Of a DNA stretch of 64,000 nucleotides, positions 50,238 through 64,000 are shown piece by piece (position 1 is the first letter of the stretch; every line of letters starts with the position of its first letter). Source of the DNA: Eledone cirrhosa (taxonomy: Eukaryota); the NCBI GenBank assembly GCA_964016885.1, contig OZ024764.1, positions 29,016,001 to 29,080,000 of the forward strand, in the 5' to 3' direction. The translations under genes and the position numbers were made by a program. The notes beneath the pieces were generated by a model, which ran no database searches, had not been told where the DNA came from, and was given only the letters and a program-made list of their open reading frames with translations.

Positions 50238-50822
50238 ATTATTTGGTTGTACTTCCAATCTGTGCTACACACCTTCGTTCCCATCAATAATATATAACTG
50301 GCCATATTGTGGTGTATTTTCTGCAGGTTACAGAGATGGGTGTGTATTGATATGTTTGACCCTGAATATGAAATCTATACGGGCCTCTGCCGGGTGGTAA
50401 CACCAAATGAAGTGAAATAAATGTAGTTTTAATTGCAGATGTTTCTGTGAAATCAACTGCTTCCTGGCCTCTTTCAAAGAGATTTCTCAGTCTCTCAGGG
50501 TATATTTGCAATGGTGGCAACACTACCTTTCCTTTATTACAACAGTTACAATTTTCATTTCTAAATTTCAAAGCTCCACAGTGATCACACGAAACATTCA
50601 TATCACTAATATGAAATTCTTCTACATTTCCATTAATATTAATTGTTGGCCAATTTCTCTTACGACGCTCATTATCCATTCTTCTCTGTCTGAATGTTTT
50701 CCATTCTAAGTCTATTTGCATGGAATAATTATATTCTGTTGTTTATTATGTAATTAAATAGCTCTGTACAATACATAGAGCATTCTTCTTTTCTTTACCT
50801 TTTCTATGGAAATACAAGAACA

Positions 50823-50873
<51 letters not shown>

Positions 50874-52334
50874 ACATACATAAACAAGACTGTTATTGCT
50901 CCAACCAGTCTATTTACCTTTGATAACTATCCTAAATATAAATACACCTATACCATACATACATATATCATATATGTTTTTGATGCCGTGGTATAGCAGA
51001 GATAAGCAAGAAGAGAAAAGAAAATGAAAATGAGAAAAAAAAAGAAGTAAGAAGTCGGGGGAGGGACAGACACTTTACCCCAGTCTAAGTGGTCCCTCAG
51101 CCGCAACCTGTGGAAGAAACGTAAAAGCGTTACCTCAGAGCAAGGCCAGAGACACCTGCTACAATAGTCGCCCCTCCTCATGAAGCTCCTGTCGTCTTTC
51201 CTCCCGACTTTATGGAGGAAATCAGCAGTACAGGGACCAAGTATGGCAGAGGTCTCAATGGAGTGGAAGAGGTGAGTCAGGCCTTGGTACTATCTTACTA
51301 TCCTCTGCATTGCGGGGTGTGGAGCCTAGGTTTGTGGCTGTAGCTATATTTGAACTTTTATATGAAATTTCAGTTTTATATTTTTCACATCATAAAACTT
51401 AATCTTAGTCTTTTGCAGCTCATCTTGTTTCATCTCTCAGCACACGATTTGGGAACCACTGCTCTAGAGATAGAAAAAGTATATTTTATGCAGGGCTTCC
51501 CTGAGACATAAAAACTATTTCAAGAGATCGACATGGGTAGAAAGGTTGAGAATGCTGCACAATGTTCTTTGGTTTTTGTTCACCTTTAAATAATCATGTA
51601 TAAAATATCGGGTGTGCAAGATTTCATGAAAAGGTATAACATTATTTATGCTGATCTTGCAGGGACTAGCTCCAACTGAGAGTTGTACCAATTCCCACTA
51701 AACTCGAAACTCCTGGACAATATATACATATCTTTATAAGTTCCTGTGTATTGTGTCGCTGTATAATGAAACATAAATATATACCATGCATGTCAGTCAG
51801 ATTTGAACTCACTATATTTGGCGTTTTATAGATATAATTTGTTTGTTAAAACAATTGATTAAATAATAACTAAATAAAATTAATTCTACAATCCTGGATA
51901 GGGAATGAACTAGAAGCCATCTATTCGAGCAGTATTGCCATCTAAGCCACCAGGTTACTTACAGAACTTCATTCAAATATAAAATATAAAATATATGCCA
52001 GACATAGTGAGTTCGAATCTGACTGATTAGTTGGTCATTGTCGCAGCCAACAGTTTAAATCGCCAACCAGTAGGTGACATCGACTAGGTTGGGAAAACTT
52101 GGTTAAGTAGCTCCAGTTATTGCTACGTTAGACATATTCAAGACTTATCGACACTGAATGGAAGAAAGGTATAGTTGAACTCAGAGTAAAGAACTGGAAA
52201 AATACTGCAAAGAATTCTATCTGATGTTCTAACAATTCTACCAAGTTACCTTATGTATATATATTTATATCTAGAGATAAGAAGAAAACTGAAAGAAAGA
52301 AAAGAAAAAAAATGAGACCTTATATGTAACCCAT

Positions 52335-53040
52335 GTTACAACTCAATATATATATATTTGGGTTGTAACATATTCCTGCCGGTGAAATAAAAATTTTAAT
52401 AGAAAAACGGCGGGAATATATGTTACAACCCAATCTATATATATTTGAGTTGTAACATATATTCCCGCCGTTGAAATAAAAATTTTAATAGAAAAACGGC
52501 GGGAATATATGTTACAATCCAAGCTACATATTTTGGGGTTGTAACATATATTCCCGCCGTTGAAATAAAAATTTTAATAGAAAAACGGCGGGAATATATG
52601 TTACAACCCAACCTATATATGTTTGGGTTGTAATATATATTCCCGCCGTTTTTACGTTAAAATTTTTATTTCAACGGCGGGAATATATGTTACAACCCAA
52701 ATATATGTAGATTGGGTTGTAACATATATTCCCGCCGTTTTTCTATTAAAATTTTTATTTCAACGGCGGGAATATATGTTACAACCCAAATATATGTAGA
52801 TTGGGTTGTAACATATATTCCCGCCGTTTTTCTATTAAAATGTTTATTTCAACGGCGGGAATATATGTTAAAACCCAAATATATATAGATTGGGCTGTAA
52901 CATATATTCCCGCCGTTTTTCTATTAAAATTTTTATTTCAACGGCGGGAATATATGTTACAACCTAAATATATATAGATTGGGTTGTAACATATATTCCC
53001 GCCGTTTTTCTATTAAAATTTTTATTTCAACGGCGGGAAT
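52335..53040. repeat. 89 bp double-hairpin tandem repeat, 8 units
   Basis: Same monomer and both junctions identical to 38067-38594. Confidence 0.95.
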
Positions 53041-53071
53041 ATATACCCTGAGAGACTGAGAAATCTCTTTC

Positions 53072-53317
53072 AAAGAGATTTCTCAGTCTCTCAGGGTATA
53101 TTTGCAATGGTGGCAACGCAACCTTTCCTTTATTACAACAGTTACAATTTTCATTTCTAAATTTCAAAGCTCCACAGTGATCACACGAAACATTCATATC
53201 ACTAATATGAAATCCTTCTACATTTCCATTAATATTAATTGTTGGCCAATTTCTCTTACGACGCTCATTATCCATTCTTCTCTGTCTGAATGTTTTCCAG
53301 TCTAAGTCTATTTGCAT
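53072..53317 (-). pseudogene. Helitron zinc-finger fragment ending in a fold-back (second copy)
   Basis: ORF 53027..53317; same truncation as 38626-38871. Confidence 0.9.
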
Positions 53318-53421
53318 GGAATAATTATATTCTGTTGTTTATTATGTAATTAAATAGCTCTGTACAATACATAGAGCATTCTTCTTTTCTTTACCTTTTC
53401 TATGGAAATACAAGAACAAAC

Positions 53422-53461
<40 letters not shown>

Positions 53462-55519
53462 ATATACATAAACAAGACTGTTATTGCTTCAACCAGTCTA
53501 TTTACCTTTGATAACTATCCTAAATATAAATACACCTATACCATACATACACATATCATATATGTTTTTGATGCCGTGGTATAGCAGAGATAAGCAAGAA
53601 GAGAAAAGAAAATGAAAATGAGAAAAAAAAAGAAGTAAGAAGTCGGGGGAGGGACAGACACTTCACCCCAGTCTAAGTGGTCCCTCAGCCGCAACCTGTG
53701 GAAGAAACGTAAAAGCGTTACCTCGGAGCAAGGCCAGAGACACCTGCTACAATAGTCGCCCCTCCTCATGAGGCTCCTGTCGTCTTTCCTCCCGACTTTA
53801 TGGAGGAAATCAGCAGTACAGGGACCAAGTATGGCAGAGGTCTCAATGGAGTGGAAGAAATGAGTCAGGCCTTGGTACTATCTTACTATCCTTTGCATTG
53901 CGGGGTGTGGAGCCTAGGTTTGTGGCTGTAGCTATATTTGAACTTTTATATGAAATTTCAGTTTTATATTTTTCACATCTTAAAACTTAATCTTAGTCTT
54001 TTGCAGCTCATCTTGTTTCATCTCGCAGCACACGATTTGGGAACCACTGCTCTAGAGATAGAAAAAGTATATTTTATGCAGGGCATCCCTGAGACATAAA
54101 AACTATTTCAAGAGATCGACATGGGTAGAAAGGTTGAGAAATGCTGCACAATGTTCTTTGGTTTTTGTTCACCTTTAAATAATCATGTATAAAACATCGG
54201 GTGTGCAAGATTTCATGAAAAGGTATAACATTATTTATGCTGATCTTGCAGGAACTAGCTCCAATTGAGAGTTGTACCAATTCCCACTAAACTCGAAACT
54301 CCTGGACAATATATACATATTTTTATAAGTTCCTGTGTATTGTGTCGTTGTATAATGAAACATAAATATATACCATGCATGTCAGTCAGATTTGAACTCA
54401 CAATATTTGGCGTTTTATAGATATAATTTGTTTGTTAAAACAATTGATTAAATAATAACTAAATAAAATTAATTCTACAATCCTGGATAGGGAATGAACT
54501 TATAACTTCATAATAGAAGCCATCTATTCGAGCAGTATTGCCATCTAAGCCACCAGGTTACTTACAGAACGTCATTCAAATATAAAATATAAAATATATG
54601 CCAGACATAGTGAGTTCGAATCTGACTGATTAGTTGGTCATTGTCCCAGCCAACAGTTTAAATCGCCAACCAGTAGGTGACATCGACTAGGTTGGGAAAA
54701 CTTGGTTAAGTAGCTCCAATTATTGCTACGTTAGACATATTCAAGACTTATCGACACCAAATGGAAGAAAGGTAAAGTTGAACTCAGAGTAAAGAACTGG
54801 AAAAATACTGCAAAGAATTCTATCTGATGTTCTAACAATTCTACCAAATTACCTTATGTATATATATTTATATCTAGAGATAAGAAGAAAACTGAAAGAA
54901 AGAAAAAAAAAAATGAGACCTTATATGTAACCCATGACCGGGATTGAAACCGAAACCAGGACTACCACCATCTCTGGTATCACCCACCAGACCACCATGA
55001 AAGATTAAAACATCTGCTTTTTTAATCTTTATAACCCTACTTTCAATATTAAAGTAATTAACATGTGGTGTTGTTCATGCCTTTCTCTATGTTATTGGTA
55101 AAAAATAAAGTATTTAAACCTCAAATTTTGTTATTCAAATATGCTTGCTTATGTAATTATAAATGTCGCAGAATACACACACATATATAGATGTGAAAAT
55201 ATTCAGGACCCCAACGGCTGTGCTACTGCCGTTTCGACATCTATATATATATCTTTTAGTCCTAGGCTCTTTCAGCGCAGAAAGAATTCTCCAATGATCA
55301 CAATCAGCTAATGGTGCCCAGTGGAAGCACTTTTAGTCTAATTATAACCCCAACGATCACGATTAGCGGCGGCTTTTTCGAGTCTGAGGTTGACTGCCAG
55401 CTATATATATCTATATATTTTTATACTTTGCTAGAATCCCGGAGAACAACAGAAAGATGCTGAGTTCAGAGTTTAAAAAACATGTCCCCTTTAATATAAA
55501 AACAATCCGAGTCTTGTAA

Positions 55520-56169
55520 AAGTGTTATTACTGTAATATAAAGTAGAAACCCTTTATTTAAACAAAGCTGCGATGCAGCGATCATCAAAGCAAACCCCAA
55601 AATGTAAACAAACTTCTCGCAGGTGCTGCCAGATACACGATAACATGTGTATACGAAGTGTAACAGGGAGTTGGGTCGTATTATATGACTTTCAAATTGA
55701 CCCCTATTATATTCAAATTATCCGCTGTGGGGCGTGCACCCCACGTTGAGAATCCCTCATAAATAAATATATGTGAGTGTGTTGCTATGACTGCTATTTC
55801 TAGCAGGTTTACTGCAGTCCTGTAGACGCACAACAAAAACCGGAAGTGGCAGCCATTAAAAAACTTTGGCTTAAAATCAGCCAAAAGATTTTCAATAATA
55901 GTAAAATTTTATTTTTGACAAGGACGATAACTTTTGTCTTACTTAATCGCAAAAATCGAGGCAAAAATTTTGAGGGTGTGCAGTTTACACGCTAAAAATA
56001 AACCTGCTAGAAATAGCAGTCATAGCAACTCACTTACATATATTTATATATCATATATATATATATATGATATATATATTGACACTTTAGAAATAGCAGC
56101 GAATAACAGAAAGGACACACACACATATATATATATATACACACACACACATATATATATATGCCCTAG

Positions 56170-56221
<52 letters not shown>

Positions 56222-57142
56222 TATATATATATGCCCCAGCATACACACACACACACACATATATATACATATATATATATATGCCCCAGCATGGTCTTGG
56301 ACGATCGTCTAACTAAGGCCAATAATAAAATACTTCAAAATAAATTAAACACTACTAAATCCGGGGTTACAACTTGGATTACTTAAAAGTCAGTAAAGGT
56401 GTAAAGATTCTATATTGTAAATAGGTGGTCGCATGTTCGAATCCGGGCAAATCCCGAGAAAATAACAAAAAGGACAATGTAAAAATAACAGCCATAGACG
56501 AGAGGAGGACACACACATATACACACACATGTATATATATATATGTGTGTCTGTGTATGTGTTTGGCTGCTATATATATATATAGCGGTCAACACACACA
56601 CACGTACATATATAAGGGTGTGTGTTTGGCTGATATATATATATATATATATATATATGATATATAAATATATGTGAGTGGCTATAACTGCTATTTCTAG
56701 CAGGTTTATTTTAGCGTGTAAACTGCACACCCGCAAAATTTTTGCCTCGATTTTTGCGATTAAGTAAGACAAAAGTTATCGTCCTTGTCAAAAATAAAAT
56801 TTTACTATTATTGAAAATCTTTTGGCTGATTTTAAGCCAAAGTTTTTTAATGGCTGCCACTTCCGGTTTTTGTTGTGCGTCTACAGGACTGCAGTAAACC
56901 TGCTAGAAATAGCAGTCATAGCAACACACTCACATATTTTTATTCATGAGGGATTCTCAACGTGGGGTGCACGCCCCACAGGGGATAATTTGAATATAAT
57001 AGGGGTCAATTTGAAAGTCATATAATACGACCAAGCTTCCAGATACACTTCGTATACACATGTTATTTGAAGTTTGTTTTGATCATCGCTGCATCGCAGC
57101 TTTGTTTAAATATAGGGTTTCTACTTTATATTACAGTAATAA
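55520..57142. repeat. Long inverted repeat, A-type core, in unit copy 3
   Basis: Mirrored ORFs 55681..55884(-) and 56822..57025(+), and 55934(+) and 56772(-). Confidence 0.9.
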
Positions 57143-57278
57143 AAGTTTTACTTCGTCTACACATGTTATCGTGTATCCGGCAGCACCTATGGGCTGTTTG
57201 TTTATACTTTGGTGTTTATTTTGATCATCGCCTCATCGCAGGTTTGTTTAATTAAAGGTTGCGAGGGGGATCACTGAC

Positions 57279-57360
<82 letters not shown>

Positions 57361-57439
57361 AAGACACACACATATATATACATACACGCAGACATACACC
57401 TGTGTGTATGTGTATGTTCGTGTGTGCGTGTCTTTGGCT

Positions 57440-57502
<63 letters not shown>

Positions 57503-57599
57503 GTGTATATATATACAGACACACACTGTTGTTTCTTGATTTTTAGCTGCTGTTTCTAAAGTGTCTATTAATATATGCTAGAAATAGCAGTCAAGGGAA

Positions 57600-58044
57600 C
57601 ATTTACGTATATATATGTAAGGACAGTGACACCTGCTGCAACAGGCATCCAACCTCGTGGGACTCCATCCTCAGACGGGCCACAGACACTGCGATGTTGC
57701 GGAGGAGCTCGGCTGTAATGGGTCCAAGTTGGCCCGGGGTCTCGACGGCGGCTGGTGCTTAGAAGAGGCTCCAGGACAAACACCGGAATTTGTTTATTTT
57801 ATGTTCATCTGCGAGACGGGCAGCGATGCTGGGGTTTGTGGATCTACCTCCTTCGAATGGGAAGAGGGTGATTCCCTCGCGGTGCTTGCCATCTCCGCGG
57901 CCTAGGCCTGCTGGCTCCAGTTGAGATGGAAATTCAGCTGCGTCCAGGCTTCTTCTCACTATGTCGTTGAGAGCATTTATGTGGCTCACACACGCGGAGG
58001 CCAAGGCGTTGGGCTACTCCGATGCGAGTTCAATCATCATCAAG
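57600..58044 (-). mobile_element. CRE-like 3' fragment type 2, second copy
   Basis: ORF 57759..58004 reads QLEPAGLGRGDGKHREG; near-identical to 42800-43244. Confidence 0.85.
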
Positions 58045-59616
58045 AATTTATTTGAATTGAAAGGTCACTAAACTAATATAGGAGTGTCATTTAAAAATAA
58101 GGTAAACAGAAATAGTTACACCGGTAACATAATTACTGTTACACCGGTAGTTCACTAACGAATCATTTCACGTTCCTCTCTAACAGGTAATGTTTTAATT
58201 TGCTCTCCATGTTGGGGAGTAACTGTAGTTTGGCTTGCTAGGGGGTCATACATCTTCATACACACATACTATATATATATATACAAAGGAAAGGAAGATA
58301 AACAAATATCAGAGGATTTGACCGGCTTCTTCCTCTTGGCACCTGTAGCCACCATGACGTATAAGTATAAATACATATATATCATCATTTTCATTTTACG
58401 TCTGCTTTTCCCTGTTTGCAAGGGTGGGGCATATATATATATATCATCATCATTATACATCCACTTTTCCCCGCTTGGCAGCACCTACGAGAAGTTTGTT
58501 TTGATCATCGCTGCATCGTAGCTTTGTTTAAATAAAGGGTTTCTACTTTATATTACAGTAATAATACTTTCAGAATACTCGGATTGTTTTTATATTAAAG
58601 GGGAACATAAACATATTTTAGAGGAGGGGTGTGGAACAGAAAAGTTTGGCGACCACTGATACACACACACATTAATTTACTATATATATAATATATACAT
58701 ATATATGTCTGTGTGTGTATACTATATATATATATATATGTACAGGGAGGTCGAAGCATTTCAGAATTTTTCTAGGCGGCGGGGGGGGGGTGCAAATCCC
58801 CCTCTTTATATCAATTAGCACACACTCTCTCCCTCTCTATATCTACTACACGGCACTCTCTTCCAATACCCCTCTCTATATGAAGTAACACCAAACTCTC
58901 CCCCTCTCTATATATTAAGCACTAAGTCAGGAATTTTTTTCTTCTTTCGTGCAGAGAGAGTAAAGTTGATTAAATCTACTGCAGTGAATTACTGGTATTT
59001 TATTTAATAAAAATTAAAATTTACTACTTGTCTTCGTTTAATTTTCGTTTTTCTTTACATAGTTTCGTTTCGTTAAATGTCTCCAGAATTTGTTTTTACT
59101 TTTACCGGATATTGAAGGTGTAAACTTGGTGTTGTCTAGAAACGTGTTAGAAATATTTTTCTTTTAATTGTGAAGAATTTAACCGCAAAGTAAGTTTTTT
59201 TTACTGTTTATTTGTGGCTGGGACAACGTATGGTATGTGTTAATGTAAATGGTGAAGGTTTAAAGATTCTTTTTACAACTGAAAATCAGTTTGTTGTTGC
59301 TGCTAATTACTTAACGCATGGAATAGATTTAAAAAATACAGGATTGTTTCTCGGAAGAGAGAAAGAAGGAACAAAACAAATCACAGAAGCGGGTAGCACA
59401 CACATTTGGGACCACATACAACACAAAAACAGGTAATGCACACATCTGGGACCACATACAACACACCAGCAGGTAATACATACATCTAGGACCACATAAG
59501 CAGGTAATACACACATCTAGGACGACATACAACCAAAGGCAGGCGAAAGGGGTGGACAAACGAGCTGCTACTAGAGCAAAAGATAACAGTATCGCGAGGA
59601 GCACTGGGAAACCTCT

Positions 59617-59820
59617 CTAATGATTTTTTAGGCAAGCCAGCACGTCTGCAGCGTTACCTCGGGCGATGGCGAGGCTGAGGAGCTGGAACAACCAAGTGCC
59701 CTCACGAGCTTCACCAGTCACCTTCGTCAGGCTAGCCGCCAGTGAAGATAGGAATCTCGCAGTCAGTATCCCGACTCCCCCAAACGCCTCAGGCTGGAAA
59801 ATGTAGTTGGCCGACAGATC
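59617..59820 (-). mobile_element. CRE-like 3' fragment type 1, copy 3
   Basis: Near-identical to 5536-5739. Confidence 0.8.
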
Positions 59821-59918
59821 ACAGTATTACTTAACTGTGATAGATATTCTGTCTAAAGGAGGGGCGTGCAACAGGCGGCCCGCGGGCCACAATCGAGCCC
59901 ACCTTAATACTTCTGTTA

Positions 59919-61204
59919 GTTGACCTATACTAAAGGACTTCACTGATAGGTTTATATGTGTTATAATTTCCCAGTTGACCTATACTAAAGGACTTCACTG
60001 ATAGGGTTATATGTGTTATAGTTTCCCAGTTGACCTATACTAAAGGACTTCACTGATAGGGTTATATGTGTTATAGTTTCCCAGTTGACCTATACTAAAG
60101 GGCTTCACTGATAGAGTTATATGTGTTATAGTTTCCCAGAGGGCTTCACTGATAGGGTTATATGTGTTATAGTTTCCCAGTTGACCTATACTAAAAGACT
60201 TCACTGATAGGGTTATATGTGTTATAGTTTCCCAGTTGACCTATACTAAAGGACTTCACTGATAGGGTTATATGTGTTATCGTTTCCCAGTTGACCTATA
60301 CTAAAGGACTTCACTGATAGGGTTATATGTGTTATAGTTTCCCAGTTGACCTATACTAAAGGGCTTCACTGATAGAGTTATATGTGTTATAGTTTCCCAG
60401 AGGGCTTCACTGATAGGGTTATATGTGTTATAGTTTCCCAGTTGACCTATACTAAAGGACTTCACTGATAGGGTTATATGTGTTATAGTTTCCCAGTTGA
60501 CCTATACTAAAGGACTTCACTGATAGGGTTATATGTTATAATTTCCCAGTTGACCTATACTAAAGGACTTCACTGATAGGGTTATATGTGTTATAGTTTC
60601 CCAGTTGACCTATACTAAAGGACTTCACTGATAGGGTTACATGTGTTATAGTTTCCCAATTGACCTATACTAAAGGACTTCACTGATAGGGTTATATGTG
60701 TTATAGTTTCCCAGTTGACCTATACTAAAGGACTTCACTGATAGGGTTATATGTGTTATAGTTTCCCAGTTGACCTATACTAAAGGACTTCACTGATAGG
60801 GTTATATGTGTTATAGTTTCCCAGTTGACCTATACTAAAGGACTTCACTGATAGGGTTATATGTGTTATAGTTTCCCAGTTGACCTATACTAAAGGGCTT
60901 CACTGATAGAGTTATATGTGTTATAGTTTCCCAGTTGACCTATACTAAAGGACTTCACTGATAGGGTTATATGTGTTATAGTTTCCCAGTTGACCTATAC
61001 TAAAGGACTTCACTGATAGGGTTATATGTGTTATAGTTTCCCAGTTGACCTATACTAAAGGACTTCACTGATAGGGTTACATGTGTTATAGTTTCCCAAT
61101 TGACCTATACTAAAGGACTTCACTGATAGGGTTATATGTGTTATAGTTTCCCAGTTGACCTATACTAAAGGGCTTCACTGATAGAGTTATATGTGTTATA
61201 GTTT
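59919..61204. repeat. 55 bp tandem repeat, ~24 units
   Basis: Same monomer and right flank as 5899-6540. Confidence 0.97.
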
Positions 61205-61754
61205 GAAACAAACTACCTGCATCAGTTATTATACTTTTATAACACCGCTATATTACCTACATGAAAGAGGTAAATATTTATTTCTCTTGTCTTCTTAAAT
61301 GTATAGAACATTTTTCTTATATATATTCTTAACATAGCTAGGACCGTTTATTATTTACTAGTCTCTACTCCTAGGACTTTGCTGGTCTCATGTCCCCTCC
61401 ATCAACACACAATCGGTAGAAAGCTGGTCGTCGGAGGTAAAGTGGCCCTGATTACAGGTCTAGTATTGAAGCCTTTCGGCTTGAGCCTTGCTGATGCCGA
61501 CAGAGTTCCTGTGGTAGTTTTGGTAGCACAGGTGACATTTTATTGTGTTTAGGTACCGGCTAGTGCGGACACAGAGAGCACGACCAAGTGTAGAGGGCCA
61601 GCTTTGAAATTCGAGCGAAGGAGTGAACTAGTAAAAGAGGCAGGGTAAGCAGCATTGGTTCTAACGGTGGGACTAGAACAGAGGTTGGGTGGTGCTGGGG
61701 GTGGTCTAACAGCTAACAGTTGTAGGAATGGTGGGGGTTTGGTAGGATTAATTT

Positions 61755-63907
61755 TTACACCTGTCTGTGAACTCTTGAAAAAGCAACATACAATTGTCCA
61801 GGGTTAAATACTTGCTCAGGGAGGAACAGACCCACTTTATCATGTATTTGACCATGGTTCTTGTTGATTGTCATGGCATATGACAGTCTTAATGGAAACT
61901 GGGGTCTTTCCAAAGTAAAAGGGATGTTGGCACCACTGGGAACTAACTTCAGTCTTCGTATCAAAACACACCTGCCCATCAAAGGACCATAGATATGAGA
62001 AGCTTCGATAAAATGTTTATGCAGTTCCACTACTTCTAATCTTGTGCCAATAAAATAATCTGTTCTGGATTGAAATATTCCATAGAAGCATTATTATTGA
62101 TCCTGCTTTTAATTGGAGTTTGTGAGGCGGCATCCCAGAAGGTGTAAGCATTGCCTCTTTGAAAGTAAACTCTGTTTGTTCTCCAGGTGTGTGGCTAGGC
62201 TGTATACTGTATGTGATGTACCATGAAGCTTAAATTCTGAGAGACACAGCACTGCTTCTGGCTGAGACACATACCTGCAACAAAGATAGGTTCTTATTTC
62301 ATCATGGTTGTGTTGGTTCTGAGCCTCATTAGGTAATGCATTATTCGTTACTTCTATAGATGTACAATCATGCCCCATGTAACATATTTAAAGAGGTACT
62401 TGACACTTTTTACAGAAGCGCAAACTTCAACATTAATATGTGCACAATATTTCTTAAGCAAAAAGGCATTAAATGGCACAACATTCCTGTTATCTACTGA
62501 ATGTCATCCAATTTACACTGCAGTTCCTGTCTTGCACCTCCTGTACTCTGGGTATCCATTTAGGTTCAATAATGTTTCCCTTCTGTAGGTTTTTGGATAG
62601 TTCTTTTGGAAAAATCCATTTTGTATAAATGGGGGAAAAGGGTTTCCAGAACCACATGGCCTGTGGATAATAAACTTTTAAACCTGCTCATGTAGTACTG
62701 GATCATCTTCCAATGCAGGTATTTCTGCTGACACGATTCTGTCAATGTCTTCTCTGTTTCTTATCTTGTCTTCATTTTTTAAGGCTCAGTGTTATCATCT
62801 GTTTAGATAATTCATTAAACCATTATACTCATCCACTCACAATTGGGCTTGATTGTTCCTCAAATATTGAAGCCTGCATCCCTCTACTTTCATATAGGCT
62901 TCCACTAAATACTGCTAAAATAATTTACCTGCCCTATATATCGCACTAAGTCCTCCTCTATATGCTATACAGTATATGTAATACTCCTGCATTGTCAGTC
63001 TATTGCAAACACAGGTCCTGCATTCCTCTCCATGTCACTATGCCACCAAAATTCACCATTATCGGTCGGTCATGAGGTCCAAGTGGCATGAATTATGTGG
63101 TATTTTCTGAGGAGGATGGTCTTTAGGAAAGATGATAATATCTCTTTGTACAGGTGGTCTGCCCTCAATCCCCCACAAAACAACAGCTATCATTACTAGT
63201 TGGTAAATTATAGCAGCTCATATCTGATCCTCTTCTAAATCTTAATTCACAGTTATGTACACGACAATTTTCTCGTCTAGAACTTTGCTGTTTGATGCCA
63301 TGCATTGTATTGTACACTTCGACATATGGATTACGTTCATGCAACACTTCTCTTATCATAGCCATTTTTTGTGGTGAGCACTCATTATTTGTTGGTACTA
63401 GGGCAGTGGATTGGCAGTATCGGTAGAGCGCCAGACACCATGCTTTGCAGCATAGGGTTATGGCTCTTTACGTTCTGGGTTCAAATCCCTCCAAGGTTGA
63501 CTTTGTTTTCATCCTTATTAGGTCGATAGAATAAAGTACCAGTAATTGCTGGCCTTGTGCCAGAAACAATTATTTGGTTGTACTTCCAATCTGTGCTACA
63601 CACCTTCGTTCCCATCAATAATATATAACTGGTCATATTGTGGTGTATTTTCTGCAGGTTACAGAGATGGGGTTGTAGTGATATGTTTGACCCTGAATAT
63701 GAAAGCTATACGGGCCTCTGCCGGGTGGTAACACCAAATGAAGTGAAATAAATGTAGTTTTAATTGCAGATGTTTCTGTGAAATCAACTGCTTCCTGGCC
63801 TCTTTCAAATTATTTCCATTAATATTAATTGTTGGCCAATTTCTCTTACGACGCTCATTATCCATTCTTCTCTGTCTGAATGTTTTCCATTCTAAGTCTA
63901 TTTGCAT
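61755..63907 (-). pseudogene. Helitron RepHel pseudogene, copy 3, with extra private deletions
   Basis: Same motifs (ORFs 61755..62030, 62109..62378, 63165..63365). A 59 bp deletion lies at 62150 and a zinc-finger deletion at ~63809. Confidence 0.95.
63401..63568 (+). mobile_element. Same SINE insertion, duplicated with the unit
   Basis: Near-identical to 8816-8983 with the same flanks. Confidence 0.85.
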
Positions 63908-64000
63908 GGAATAATTATATTCTGTTGTTTATTATGTAATTAAATAGCTCTGTACAATACATAGAGCATTCTTCTTTTCTTTACCTTTTCTATGGAAATA

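Larger units (their letters stand above)
46058..50721 (-). pseudogene. Helitron RepHel pseudogene, copy 2, interrupted by the 2.3 kb insertion at 47657-49964
   Basis: Same motifs as copy 1 (ORFs 46058..46393, 46353..46739, 50284..50721). Confidence 0.95.
49965..64000. repeat. Composite tandem macro-repeat unit, copy 3 (runs off the window)
   Basis: Colinear with copies 1 and 2; internal duplication 51105 vs 53693. Confidence 0.95.

Overview
Eukaryotic (animal) repetitive DNA, most likely cephalopod/octopus. This is inferred from the tRNA-derived SINE type and the very high TA/GA microsatellite density. I find no intact host gene, rRNA, tRNA gene or CRISPR array. The window is a tandem array of a ~14 kb composite unit, with copies at about 1-9646, 35738-49964 and 49965-64000. 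Each unit is built around a dead minus-strand Helitron Rep/Pif1-helicase gene that has lost its HUH motif region and most of the helicase. The unit also carries, all on the minus strand, three distinct 3' fragments of CRE-like (restriction-like endonuclease) non-LTR retrotransposons and a degenerate PHD finger. It further contains SINEs, hAT-like ends, long inverted repeats and 40, 55 and 89 bp tandem repeats. A 2.3 kb insertion (47657-49964; empty sites at 8711 and 63295) carries one module of a 46 bp + GA/CT satellite. That module is expanded to a ~25 kb, 19-module higher-order satellite (9647-34810) that switches polarity at ~19470. Several junctions are fold-back hairpins or microhomology deletions. 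Nearly all ORFs in the supplied track are low-complexity repeat artefacts.
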